From Elsinoe ampelina (lineage: Eukaryota), in contig ML992516.1 of the NCBI GenBank assembly GCA_010093995.1, positions 371,413-435,412 of the forward strand: a stretch of 64,000 nt of DNA. Reading direction: 5' to 3'. Below are positions 1-12,358 of the stretch, piece after piece. The notes beneath the pieces are model-generated. The model made no database searches. It saw only the letters and a program-made list of their open reading frames with translations, and was not told the origin of the DNA. Every line of letters starts with the position of its first letter. Positions within the stretch are counted from its first letter, which is position 1. A program made the position numbers and the translations under genes.

Positions 1-474
1 CACAGTCGGCATCGATCGCGTGGTGGACGAATTCATCTTCAAACTCACCCACACGCAGCAGGTAGACTGGCTGTACGGTTCCCCCTTTTCTCTTCCCTCT
101 GCCTTGCCTTCTTTTTCTCCTCCCTGACCCTGTCTCCTCCACAGACTGACCTCCTCGCTAGCCTCCCCGGCGTCCCCCCAACCAACCGCCTCCTCGAAAT
201 CCCCTTCACCGCCGTGGTCAACATCCGCGGCGACCGTCTCTACCACGAGCACATCGCGTGGGACCAAGCCACTGCTCTGGCCCAATGCGGGTTACTACCA
301 GAGTTTCTCCCCTTCCCTTACCCCTTGGCGGACGGGAGTAAGCCGACCCCAGGCGGGAGGTTTCAGTATCAGTTGCCGGTGGCAGGCGTTGAAGGGGCGA
401 GGAAAATGAGGGACAAGAATGGGACGGGGAGTAATGCCATGTTTGGGTATGGGGTGAGGGAAGTGAGGGACTAG
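1..474 (+). CDS. 3' part of a SnoaL/NTF2-like domain protein, of the type usually fused to fungal dienelactone hydrolase (carboxymethylenebutenolidase); 5' end outside window
   Basis: Reads TVGIDRVVDEFIFKLTHTQQVDWL | intron 73-161 (GTACGG..CTGAC..TAG) | LPGVPPTNRLLEIPFTAVVNIRGDRLYHEHIAWDQATAL, motifs typical of this family. Confidence 0.75.
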   Translation, partial: HSRHRSRGGRIHLQTHPHAAGRLAVRFPLFSSLCLAFFFSSLTLSPPQTDLLASLPGVPPTNRLLEIPFTAVVNIRGDRLYHEHIAWDQATALAQCGLLPEFLPFPYPLADGSKPTPGGRFQYQLPVAGVEGARKMRDKNGTGSNAMFGYGVREVRD

Positions 475-584
475 CATCGGGTGGGACGAATGTATGATAT
501 CATTAAGTGATCTGGTAGTTGGAAGTAAGAGTACAGCTCGTATCTCATCATCGTGGTCTCGTGATGCCCCAAAGGTAGAGGCAG

Positions 585-2872
585 CTACATGGTCGGCTGG
601 TTCATGTAGGGAAAGTTGTCCCATAGTCCCAAGTCCAGACTGTCCCATCCTAGGAGATCTGTCCCGACCATGTCCGCTTCGTCCGGCATGTTGTTGAAGA
701 TGGGCTGGCTTTGCATCCACATGTCTAGATCGCTGAAGCGGGCTGTGTTGATAAGGCTGTTGATGTCGTCTGCTCCTTCGTCTACGAGGGTTGGTTCTAG
801 TTGTCCTTGCTGGGTCTGGCTTTGTTGTGGTTGGGGTTGAGGTGTTTCTGGCTCGGTGGTTTTGAATAGTTGTCCCACATAGGCATTGCTTCTTCTTCGC
901 GACTGCATGGCGAATTGCTGTCTCTGTCTATGTATCGTCTGGGTCAGGCTTGTGAGAATGTCGTGATAGTGTGCGGCTTGGGAGGAGCGAGCGGAGAAGG
1001 AAGCAAGGATATCGCGTGCACCAGCAAACATGGCGTCCGTCTCGAGATCAACTTGGAGCTGGGCGAAGAGAGAAAAGCCAAGGATGAGGGCAGCGGCGAA
1101 GACCAGAGCTCTAAGATGAGGTTAGTAGAGCGAAAAAAGGCATGCGAACCAACGTACTTCATGATTTGCATGTTGGCGAGCAGGAGACCAGAGCGTTGCG
1201 CTTCGAGACAGGCGCGTATGAGCCAGACTGCCGAGTCCACGCAGACCGAGGCGAGTTCGGCATGGACTGGATGCTCTTGTACGGAGAAGCTGTGAAGATT
1301 GTTGTTATTGCTTAGACGTGCCATGCGTGCGGTCAGGGTGGTGATGAGGAATGGTCTAGTGGCGAGGGTCACGGCGAAGTAGTACGTGCAAGCTAGGTGG
1401 AGACTAGATAAGGTCTTTGCAGGGTTTTGAGGGTCTGCCATCATGCCTTGACTTTGCAAGCCTTCAGGGAGGGCGTCGCTCCATTTCTTGAGCTGGTCGA
1501 GAAAAGCTTCAGCTGTAGCTGGTGAGACGCCTTTGTGCCCGTAGACTTTGTCAACAATCTGATCGACGATCTTGACTAGCTTGTACTGAGCAATCAAATC
1601 TTTGCGGTCGTCAAGCTCGCTCTCGAAAAGGGTGAACAGATTGTCGGAGCTCCCAGCTGCTGGAGCAGACGACGGTCGTGCCAGGATGGCGGACACTAGT
1701 AGATCCAGTATGCGTAGGCTCATCCATGTGCGTAGTCTGTGCGGGTCAGTGGGCACACAGCGGGGATTCTTTGCCTGACTCACTGTTGCTGCCTCTCCTT
1801 TTCAGTCACAGATAGATAAGATTCTTGGTGCTGTAGACCGAGCACTGTCGCTGCTCTAGAGGCAACTCCAAGATACATGGATGCTGCATTCCTGTGACAA
1901 GCCCCGAGCATGTAAAAGGACATGAGCAAAAAGACTGCGATCATCTCAATGCTCGGATTCCTAAGCATGGTTGAGAAAGCTCGTTGCTGCCCACGATTGA
2001 AGTAGAATTTCTCCACCTCAATCAAGGATGGATCGGGTTTTGAGCATTGAGCTCCAATTGCTAGGACCAAGTCTGCCATGGCGCTCTTGCATGCGTTGTT
2101 CATGATCTCCGAGCGGCTCTGGTCGCGGATCAATTGCGCGGCTTCTGCTCGAGTGAGCACGTCCACGAAGCCGCTTGTCTTCTGCATGTCAGTCCTTGTC
2201 ACAAGTCGCTGCTTCATATCCACTGACCGCCATGAGATATACCTCGACCAATTCCAACTTTTGTTCTAGACTCAAGTTGTCCTCCATAAATGGTGACAAA
2301 GGGGTTTGGACCGAGGTATCCTCGTGCATGGTCCCAATCCTGGTGTCATTGGAGAAGGACGAAGGGCCGACATATTGAGAGACCGTGTCTCGAATGAATT
2401 GTAAGAAGGAGAGTGAGGCAGAACCTCCAATGTACACTGTCTGGTAGTGAGCCACAACCGAACAAGATAGCTCAGAGTCCTTACCTCTTTCACCCTGAGC
2501 TCCCTGAAGAATCCTCGGTTGGGTCCTGTGTGAAGCATCTGGCGAAGGTATTCCTCCCGCTATCGAATGTCGAGTTTGACTGGTCGAATTGGTTGCCGAA
2601 GGAGACAGAGAGGCATTGGACAATAAAGAGTCGACGGGTGCCGCCTGCAAGCTGACCGGAGTCCTCGGACGTGGTCGTTGTGTCGCTGCCTTGGCCGCCG
2701 GCGTGTGACTGACGGGTCTCCCTTTTGCCAGAGTACATTGATGCGCTTTGCCTTTGCGTGAACAGTTGTTACATGGCACAATGCCGCTGCAGCGTTTCTT
2801 AGTCGATTGACAGTAAGTGCAGGCTTCCGCAGCGCGGAGTCGTTTGTCTGGGGCTACTTTTGGCCGAGGCAT
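585..2872 (-). CDS. Zn(II)2Cys6 (GAL4-type) transcription factor with fungal-specific TF domain; multi-exon
   Basis: N-terminal CTYCQSTKKRCSGIVPCNNCSRKGKAHQC; downstream exons YIGGSASLSFLQFIRD, LLMSFYMLGACHRNAASMYLGVASRAA, TLATRPFL; GT-AG introns join ORFs 2189-2872, 1780-2223, 944-1783, 585-1031. Confidence 0.9.
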
Positions 2873-3231
2873 AAGGTTGGTATAGTGTAGAGAAAGAAAG
2901 AGACAGAAAAGTATAACAATCTGCCTACATTACAAACTCCACCATCCGTTTCGTCGAGGCTCGTCCTTTATCAACGTATCTAAGACCTCCTTGAACGAAC
3001 AGGGTCAGTGCAAGATAAGCAGACCAGGGAACGCGTTTGCCCTGTTCAGATGCTTCAGATCCCCCACCTCCCAACCAGATACCGTTAAACTGTAAGGGCC
3101 CGTATCCTTCGTCGAATTTGACCGGTTTTTTGTGCTCGATTAGGAAGGTGTAATAGATGACCGATTTGCGTATTCTTCGATAACCAACAGTTAGTCTTTT
3201 GGTGGCGCTTTTAACTAGCTAGACTAACTCG

Positions 3232-4485
3232 ATGGCCTAATAGAGTAAGGTTAGCTTATTAAGGCTAGTTCTTTACACTTACCCTCGTAATTGTATATGT
3301 AGATAACTAGCTTTTTGCTAGTCTTAGCAAACGCGTGTAAGTAAACCTCGTGTTTATACCACCTCTTAAAGCACTTAATCTACTACCTCTACTACCTCTT
3401 TAACTATCTTAATTATAACCTTAATAGTGCTACTAGCTAGCTAGCTAGCCTTCTAAGCAACCTCTATAGCGTTATTAACCCTAGCGCCGTAGCGATTTAA
3501 TAGCGGCTAGACTAACAATATAATATCTACGTTCCTTAGTTTCTTAGTAAGAGAGAAGGCTACTAGTAAATAAGCTTAATTTAGCTTTAAGGCTATTACC
3601 TTCTAGTAGGCTATACTAATTGTTATAGTAGTAATAAGACATGTAGAACCTAGCGATATAATAGAAGAGAAGGTTCGCAATAAGTATAGAGCTTTAAAGG
3701 GAAATTAGTCGAATTATAAGATACTTTACTACTAGTCTAGTTAGATAATAGACAGTAATAGTATACTATATACTAAGCCTTATATAATAGAGAAGTATTT
3801 TGCCTCTTACGCTAGCGCTTAAAAATTTAGATACTGTAAGTTTAAGTAGCTTAATCTTAGTAATAAGCTTTAGGGTAATATTGTAGCCTCTAGTAAGTAT
3901 ACTCTTACTTCTTCTAATATACTTAAGGTCGGCGTAGAAGAGAAGGAAGAAGAGGGAGAGGTACTATAGACAGTAGAGGAGTTAGATAGGCCTATAAAAT
4001 TTAGTTAATCTCTAAGCTCTTACCTTATATAGCTACTCTTTACGCTAGTAGCCTCTATTACCTTCTTATATATAGGTATACTAGTAAGCTTAACTATTCT
4101 AAATAAGAGGCGAAAGATAGATAAGGTAAACTAGATAATATAAGCTGTCCTTAATGTAATAAAGAGGTCGAATAAGATTACTAAAAGGCCTTTAGTAGTC
4201 GCTCGAGTAACTACTAAGTTTACTAAGGAGTTTACTTATCTTATATTAGCGATAAAGGTAAAGGCTTTACTAGCCTTAAAAGAGGTAGCGGAGTACTAGC
4301 TTAAGTTAGATAAAGGCATAAGATATAAGCTTATAAGCGGATAGACTAGCTTACTACTTATAATACTTATTAAAGACAAGGAGGATAAAGAGGTATAATT
4401 AGAGAAGAAGAAGAAAGAGCCTTTATAGCTTAAAGTTAATTTCTTACGTAACTATTACCCTTTTAGGATATCCCTTTTAGGATAG
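3232..4485 (+). pseudogene. RIP-mutated Myb/SANT-like DNA-binding protein (Harbinger ORF1); end approximate
   Basis: In frame with ATG 3232, from 3502: SG*TNNIISTFLSFLVREKATSK*A*FSFKAITF**A...EEKVRNKYRALKGN*SNYKILYY*SS*IID...KYFASYASA*KFRY. Restoring transitions gives WT..L..L..G..GFK..V.NKY..LK..W..SGW..D..H..A.KFR, the Myb_DNA-bind_3 pattern. Confidence 0.75.
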
Positions 4486-4624
4486 GCAGTAAGGTGTTTT
4501 TTATAACCTCTTTAATTCTTTATACTCTTTATTATATATCTAATTTAAATATAGAAGCTACTAAACGACTATTAAATAACTAGAAACTATTATCTAATTA
4601 TACTATATTATTTACTATCCCCTT

Positions 4625-5850
4625 CTATCGACCTCGGCGCTACTATAGCTTAAGCTAGTAATTACGCTATATATTCTTAGCTATCTTGTTACGATATTTA
4701 ACTATATATATATCCTCTATATTTTACTTCCCTTTACCTATTAGATAGCTAATAGGCTTAGAGACCTTCTTCTTCTTCTTCTTCTCCTTCTTCTCCTTCT
4801 TCTCCTTAAGATAGATAGCTATCTAGATACTTAGTAAAAGGTTGTAAAGTATAGCTAGATAGTATACTATTCGTATCTACGTAAGTATTAAAGAGAACCT
4901 AAATTACTTATCTAATATCCGCTACTACCTCTTAAGTAATCTAAAGCTTCTTTTAATAATATTATAGAGTTATAAGTAGTGTAAATTAAAGAGCTCCTTT
5001 AGACTTTAAGGCCGTTAGTTAGTAGCCTTATATTCTTAGAGGTAGTACCTTACACCTCGATAGAGTACTAAGATGTTAATCTAATTACTATATCTAGCAT
5101 CTATAAGATAATAAGCGCCTTCTAGAGTAGAGAAGCCCTTAGTATAAGCGTTAGTAAGCACTTAAGCGTTATACGTAGACCCCTTCTATTCTAGTAATAG
5201 ATAGGTAAACTTTATCTTATAGTTTATAACTACTAATATATTCTATAATAGGCTACCTTTTCGATTCCTCTAAGCTAATTACTCGCTAAGAACATAAGCG
5301 TAGATATAAGTGCTATTAAGAGCGCTAATGTAGCCTTTAAAGTAAGGCTAAAACTTGTAATTTATCTAGATATCTAGTAGCACTTAGACTGTTATAATTG
5401 GCACTATATATTTATTATATAAAGTAAAGAGACTTTATAAGGCTTAATAGAAGAATTAGCTAACTATTTAGATAACTACACTAACCTTAGTAGCGATATG
5501 CCGATAGCTAGCGCTAGTAGCAAGGATATAGAGAGTAATAAAGAGCTTATAGTAAGTAAGTAACTTATAGCTATTATTAAGCGCTAGAGTTATTGTTATT
5601 AAGCGCTTATAGAGATAGTAGAAGGAGGCTACTATACACTACATATATCGCTTATAGTCCTTGTTAACCTTAATACTCTAGTTAATCTAGTTAAGGCTAA
5701 AGCCTTAAGTATTAAGCTAATAGTTACTAGTAATCTCTAGAGGCTTATATATGTTATTTAACTACGTAAGTAAAGTACTAGAGAGGAGACTCGTAAGAAG
5801 CACGCGCAATTAGTTATCTATGACTGCTTAATTTAGTGTGCTAATCTTGT
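4625..5850 (-). pseudogene. RIP-mutated PIF/Harbinger DDE transposase (DDE_Tnp_4); 5' end approximate
   Basis: Minus strand, single frame: FKGYISALNSTYI (5303-5341; =FKGCIGALDGTHI), RNRKG (5255-5269), E*KGSTYNA (=GWEGSAHDA), YYLIDARY (=YYLxDAGY), LYRGVRYYL (=PYRGVRYHL), KELFNLHYL*LYNIIKRSFRLLKR** (=KELFNLRHSQLRNVIERSFGLLKRRW); near the C-terminus RNKIAKNI*RNY (=RDxIAxxMWxDY). Confidence 0.92.
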
Positions 5851-6317
5851 TAGTATAGAGTACTATAGCCTTACGTCTCTTACGGCTAAGTCAACACTAA
5901 ACGCGACACTTACGCGACTTTTTACTACCTTCCTAAGCTATAAAAGTGTCTTAGCCCTGTATCTCGGCCTCGGCCGCTGCCAATTTTACACCTTTTACGC
6001 TAATTACGCCAAAAAAGACCAGCTCCACCAAAACACCAAGATCGAAGGAGACGGCCCCTAATCGAAGTTTAATTGATGAATCGGGTGCGAAGCCCTGGAG
6101 TGTGCACCCGGGAAACGCACCACTCGATCGATCAATCACGGTTTGCCCATTTGGTCTTGGTGATCACTCATACTCTTTCCCGCATTGCGGAACCACTTTC
6201 GCCTCTGCCATACTCGGTGCCGCATCATTGGTATATCCCAGTGTAATATTTCCTATATTTTCTTATTTCACAATCGCCAATCAATCGACACGACCCAATC
6301 TCCGTCCCTGCATCACC

Positions 6318-7205
6318 ATGCCCATCATTCAAACAGGTTTCAAGCGAACCTACTACAAAGAATGGAAACCCGATAGCGGCAATGCCAAAGGCACAATACT
6401 TCTCGTAATGCCCCCCTTCCCCACCACACCATCCCATATGCCCCCCCCATCCTGACCGTCCCTCCAGGCCCACGGCCTAGGCGGCACCAACAACTTCTAC
6501 ACCCCTCTCATCCCCCACCTCACCACCGCCGGCTACCGCTGCATAGCCTACGACCTCCACGGCATGGGTCTATCCCCCTACTCCGGCCTCGAGCAATCCG
6601 TCGCCACCCTCGCCCGGGACGCCATCGACCTCATGGACGCACTGGACATCAAGACCGCGACGTTCGTGGGGCACAGCATGTCCGGCATGACGGGGCCTTG
6701 TGTGGCGGCGACGTATCCCGAGCGTATCACGGCCTTGGCGCTGTGTGCTCCTGTCTTACCCACCGAGGCAGCGGCGGCCGTGTTTGACGATCGGATCGGG
6801 AAGATCGAGGCCACGAGGAGTATGGAGGCGTTGGCGGATTTGATTTCTTGGGCGGCGCCGGGGAGTAAGGCGACGGGGCTGCAGAGGGCGTTTATCAGGG
6901 ATTTGATCCTGAGGAATGATCCGGCGGCGTATGTGAGTTTGTGCAGAGTCATTTCGAGTGCGTGGGAGGATGTGCCAAAGTATGAGGACGTCAAGTGTCC
7001 GGTGTTGATAGTGGCGGGGGACGAGGATAAGAATCCGAGTGTGAAGATGTGTGAGACGATATTGGAGAGATTAGGGTCGGCGAGGAAGAACATCAAGCTG
7101 CTGAACGGCGTAGGTCACTGGACGGTCATCGAGTCTCCTGATGAAACTGGTATGGCTATTCGAGACTTTTTGGGGGAGATTCAGAAGGATGTCCCCAGAA
7201 TCTAG
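6318..7205 (+). CDS. Alpha/beta hydrolase, 3-oxoadipate enol-lactonase (PcaD/CatD)-like
   Basis: ATG 6318, intron 6405-6467; HGLGG oxyanion motif, YDLHGMGLS, nucleophile elbow GHSMSG, GDEDK acid, GVGHW catalytic His. Confidence 0.8.
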
Positions 7206-7352
7206 ATACCCGTTTGCCGCCGCCGAACGCCACGCATGGCGGAATACCGTCTAATGATACATGAAATATAGACCGCTGTCTGTCGAAGCGTGCCTCCCCG
7301 GTCATCATGTCCCTGTCCCGCTCCTACGAAAGATCGCCAATTCGTTGCCTGA

Positions 7353-8989
<1,637 letters not shown>

Positions 8990-9288
8990 CTATTAGAGAA
9001 GCACGAATTAGCTTCAATGGTGATTGTCCTCGATATAGGTAGCGCGAGAGCAGACTGCGAGCCAGGGGGTGCGAGTGTCGGAAGTCAATTGGTGATGAGC
9101 TGACGAAGTTCAATTGAAGAACATAAGCTGGAGAAAAGTTATGGCTTGGCATTTTGGTATCGGCTTCATGTCGGGGGAAAAGTTGACGACCGTACCTACT
9201 ACAGTGCAGACCACCGCGCGCCTTGTGTTCAGGGCATAATGTATCGGTAACACTTCAACAGACTCGATCGCTATATCAAAACAGCAAG

Positions 9289-10052
9289 ATGGCAGGAGGA
9301 CTCGGTCTGCGGGTGCGGAAGCTCCAAACCGTAGGTGATCCTTTCCGAGTTCTGAATTGTTCGCTGACTGCTGTACAGAAGGTCGGATCCGACTGCACAC
9401 CAGTCAAATGCGCTTCGCTAATGCCATGAAAGCTTCTTGCCATGCGACTTGGACCCGGCGCCCTCAAACTACCCAAGGAGGTGTCGCGCATCAACCTTCG
9501 ATTTGCGCCAAAGATGTGGAATGGACATCTGGGACCACGGTACCGGCATCTCATAGCCCAGGATACGTGGAGAAGCATGCTGACAAGTCATCCAGGAAGT
9601 TCTGGCGACACGAACTCGTACGTTTAAAATACCACAACCCAGCAGTATCAATCACGATAGACCGGACCGCAACGAACGACGACGATCCACTCATGACGGT
9701 CTTCTTCGCGCCTAAAGACGCACCCAAGACATCTGGAACAGACACGGGAGGTACTGCTCCAACTACATCGACATCAGGGGACAAGGTTGCTTCAGACTCA
9801 GCGGCGACTGAGCGGACAGAGTCGGTGACAATGGCATGGAAGAAGGAGGAAGAGATTCTGGACGACTTAATACGTCTCACAAAAGCGACACAGGTACAAC
9901 CGACAGCCGAAGAAAAAGCACAGTTACGGCAGCTCGCGGAGGAAGCGGAAAGGAGCAAGAGAGACAGTGACAGGTGTCTTGCGGTCGAGGCCGAGAAGAA
10001 GAGGCAGGAGGCAATTCTTGCAGAGGCGAGAGGAGAGACGGCAGCAAACTAG
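9289..10052 (+). CDS. MRP49: Mitochondrial large ribosomal subunit protein, L51/S25/CI-B8 domain (Mrp49-like)
   Basis: Spliced product MAGGLGLRVRKLQT(K)LLAMRLGPGALKLPKEV...GHLGPRKFWRHELVRLKYHNPAV; introns within 9331-9432 and at 9540-9595. Confidence 0.8.
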
Positions 10053-10143
10053 CTGTCTTTTGTACCATACAATGTCATGCATATACGGCGTCAAGAGAAA
10101 GCATTCGCTGGAGCTGGCCTTGATATCATGTTCTGTCGTGTAG

Positions 10144-11070
10144 TTACGCTGCAGCCATTCCTCTCCACCAAGCTATTGCTCCGAGAACGAACACTACAGT
10201 CATCGCGTCCGCCACGACAGTGTTCCATATGGTGACGTACCTCCCAACCACCTTGAGGTAGCCATTGAACGGCTCCGGTACCATTCCCGAATTCGCGATC
10301 GTGGCTAGCCAGCCTGCTCCCTGCAGCTGTCCCTTCTCCAAGAAGTACCTGCTGCTTTGTAGAACGGTCTCGACAGTGGCGAACAAATAGAATAGTCTCG
10401 GTCCCACGCTGTCCTCGGGGTCCACCTTCTCGAATCTTGAGAGCTTAGTGCCGTTGAAGGTCGATGTGAGCGCAATGTACCCTGCTAGCGACAGGGCAAA
10501 GACCGCATGCAGTATCCGCCACATGTACGCCGAGTCACTCTTCGGTCGCTGCTCCTCTTGCTTTGCTTGTGCTTGTCCGCCCATCATCGCTTTCAGGAAA
10601 GGAGGCAAGTCCCCGGGCATCCCATTGGCATCACCGCCCTCTCCGCCTATCCCGGGGAGCCCTCCACCCATCATCTGCTGCATCATCCGCATCATTGGGT
10701 CCATATCGCCTTCGTTACTTCCGTCCATGGGTATTGATGGCGTTAGTGACCTGCTAGATGCTCCTGTCGGTACTCGTCTTGATTCGGGTGTCCAGTGGTG
10801 CTCTGAGATATCGACTTCGGCTGGGTCTTCGACACTGGCTGATAAGGTCTGTCGTGGGGCAGCTGGCGTGACTTGATGAAGTCAGTAAGAGCAACACGCG
10901 ATCATTGTTCTATGGTCCATACCATCCTCGGGAGCTGGCGCACTTCGTCCAGAGACTCCTGTGATTTTGGCCAAACGGTCGGCACCTCCTCCAGTGATCT
11001 TTGCATTGCGCTTCTCGCGGCGTAAGCGAGCTTGTCTCTGGGCCGGCGATTCTTCTGCTTCGTCTGCCAT
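10144..11070 (-). CDS. GET2: GET complex subunit Get2 (tail-anchored protein insertase receptor)
   Basis: N-terminal RQARLRREKRNAKITGGGADRLAKITG, then DPAEVDISEH, DPMMRMMQQMMG and C-terminal hydrophobic helices; intron 10872-10922. Confidence 0.85.
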
Positions 11071-11310
11071 GGTTCAGACTGTGACGATGCCGAATAATGG
11101 AAGATCTGTGGTATGGTAGAGGTATAAAGTGACGCAAACGGAGCGCCGGTCCGATCTCGCCGACTACTCACTTCACGTCCTCTGCCCCTGAAACATGAAC
11201 TACCAGCTTTCTGTACTTCCCGATACATATGTGACATGCGCGTATCTCTTGCGTTTTTGTATGTTGAGACCTGGTTGCTTGACAGACTTTGCCAGTGGTA
11301 GTCGGTCAAC

Positions 11311-12069
11311 ATGTCACAACAGGATCCGTCACCCTCGTCAAATGCTCAAGCCCAAGTACTGGACAATCCATATCTCCTCGCTCAAATCCTCGAATACCTG
11401 TGCATGCGAGATCTTCTTCGGATACAGCTCGTATCAAGTTCTTGGAAGATCATGATAGATACGAACACAAAGATTCAGCAAACGCTTTTCCTCAAGCCAA
11501 TCCAGCCCCTCCCTGAAGCCATGATCAGGACCGATGTCGAAGATCATGATCATTGGAGATATTGCCGGGCAACCATCTCGAGACCACCGGAAAGCTTCTC
11601 AGATAAACACCGCCTGTTTCCCGTGCACGTAGCTCACCCTCTGGTGGGCACAAGCCATGCATCGGAAATGGCAGGAATGACTACCAGAGAGGAATGCGAT
11701 GAGATCTGGGACCTGATCAACAGCGACGAGAGAGCCTCTTGGCGGCGCATGTACATTTGCCAGCCGCCTTTGGAAGAGGTCAAGTTCTTGTACACTGTGT
11801 GCGGCCTGCGGGAGGAGGATGGCGATGACGAGAAAGGTGATACCTCAGAATTGATTGTGCAGCAAAACGGAGGCGTCACTTGGGGATATCTATTTGACCA
11901 AGTTCGCGGTCAGGCAGACTTTGCTCAATTGTATCAGGCTTGTGACGACGAGGTATTCTACATCGATGCAGGTGAAGTCTGTTTCCAGTTTTCCAAGCCG
12001 TCGGTCGAGGATGGGATCTATTGCGATCTCTGTGACAGAACACAACGGGATCTTATTGTTGAAATCTGA
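11311..12069 (+). CDS. F-box domain protein (paralogue 1), intronless
   Basis: VLDNPYLLAQILEYLCMRDLLRIQLVSSSWKIMIDTNTKIQQTLFLKP; ASWRRMYICQPP; GGVTWG. Confidence 0.8.
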   Translation: MSQQDPSPSSNAQAQVLDNPYLLAQILEYLCMRDLLRIQLVSSSWKIMIDTNTKIQQTLFLKPIQPLPEAMIRTDVEDHDHWRYCRATISRPPESFSDKHRLFPVHVAHPLVGTSHASEMAGMTTREECDEIWDLINSDERASWRRMYICQPPLEEVKFLYTVCGLREEDGDDEKGDTSELIVQQNGGVTWGYLFDQVRGQADFAQLYQACDDEVFYIDAGEVCFQFSKPSVEDGIYCDLCDRTQRDLIVEI

Positions 12070-12358
12070 GCCTTGGTCGAAGCCGGCGGCTACAGTCGAC
12101 TCGATCGATTGCTTACTTGCCCTCACATGGGACGAGGCAGAATCTGCGTCCATAAGCTTCCACCAGCTTCTCTCACGCACGAAACCTCATCTCACTCACA
12201 ATAACTTCAAGTGGTAGTGAGAGCGATCGATATACTACCGGAAATTGTTGACGAGCAATGGTACCACTCCGAGAGCGATCAGTCCTGCTAGACAGCTTCG
12301 ATCAACCCGCTTGCACAATACCGCACACACCGCAATCGGTCGAAGCTGAGACACGACC

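Larger units (their letters stand above)
3096..6058. mobile_element. Full-length PIF/Harbinger DNA transposon, inactivated by RIP
   Basis: TIRs GGGCCCGTATCCTTCG (3096-3111) and revcomp of 6043-6058 GGGGCCGTCTCCTTCG (14/16 match); TAA on both flanks (3093-3095, 6059-6061); interior TpA-rich and CpA/TpG-depleted; two convergent relic ORFs. Confidence 0.92.

Noticed and set aside
4458..4484. CCCTTTTAGGATA tandem duplication inside the transposon
   Set aside because: Real but only two copies near the end of relic ORF1; no function can be supported.
3200..5950. Centromere, or organellar/foreign AT-rich insert
   Set aside because: Fully explained as a RIP-mutated transposon with recognisable ORFs and ends.
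3085..6072. TTAA at 3085-3088 and 6069-6072 as a piggyBac/Kolobok target duplication
   Set aside because: The TAA pair directly abuts the TIRs and the encoded motifs are PIF/Harbinger; the TTAAs lie outside at unequal distances.
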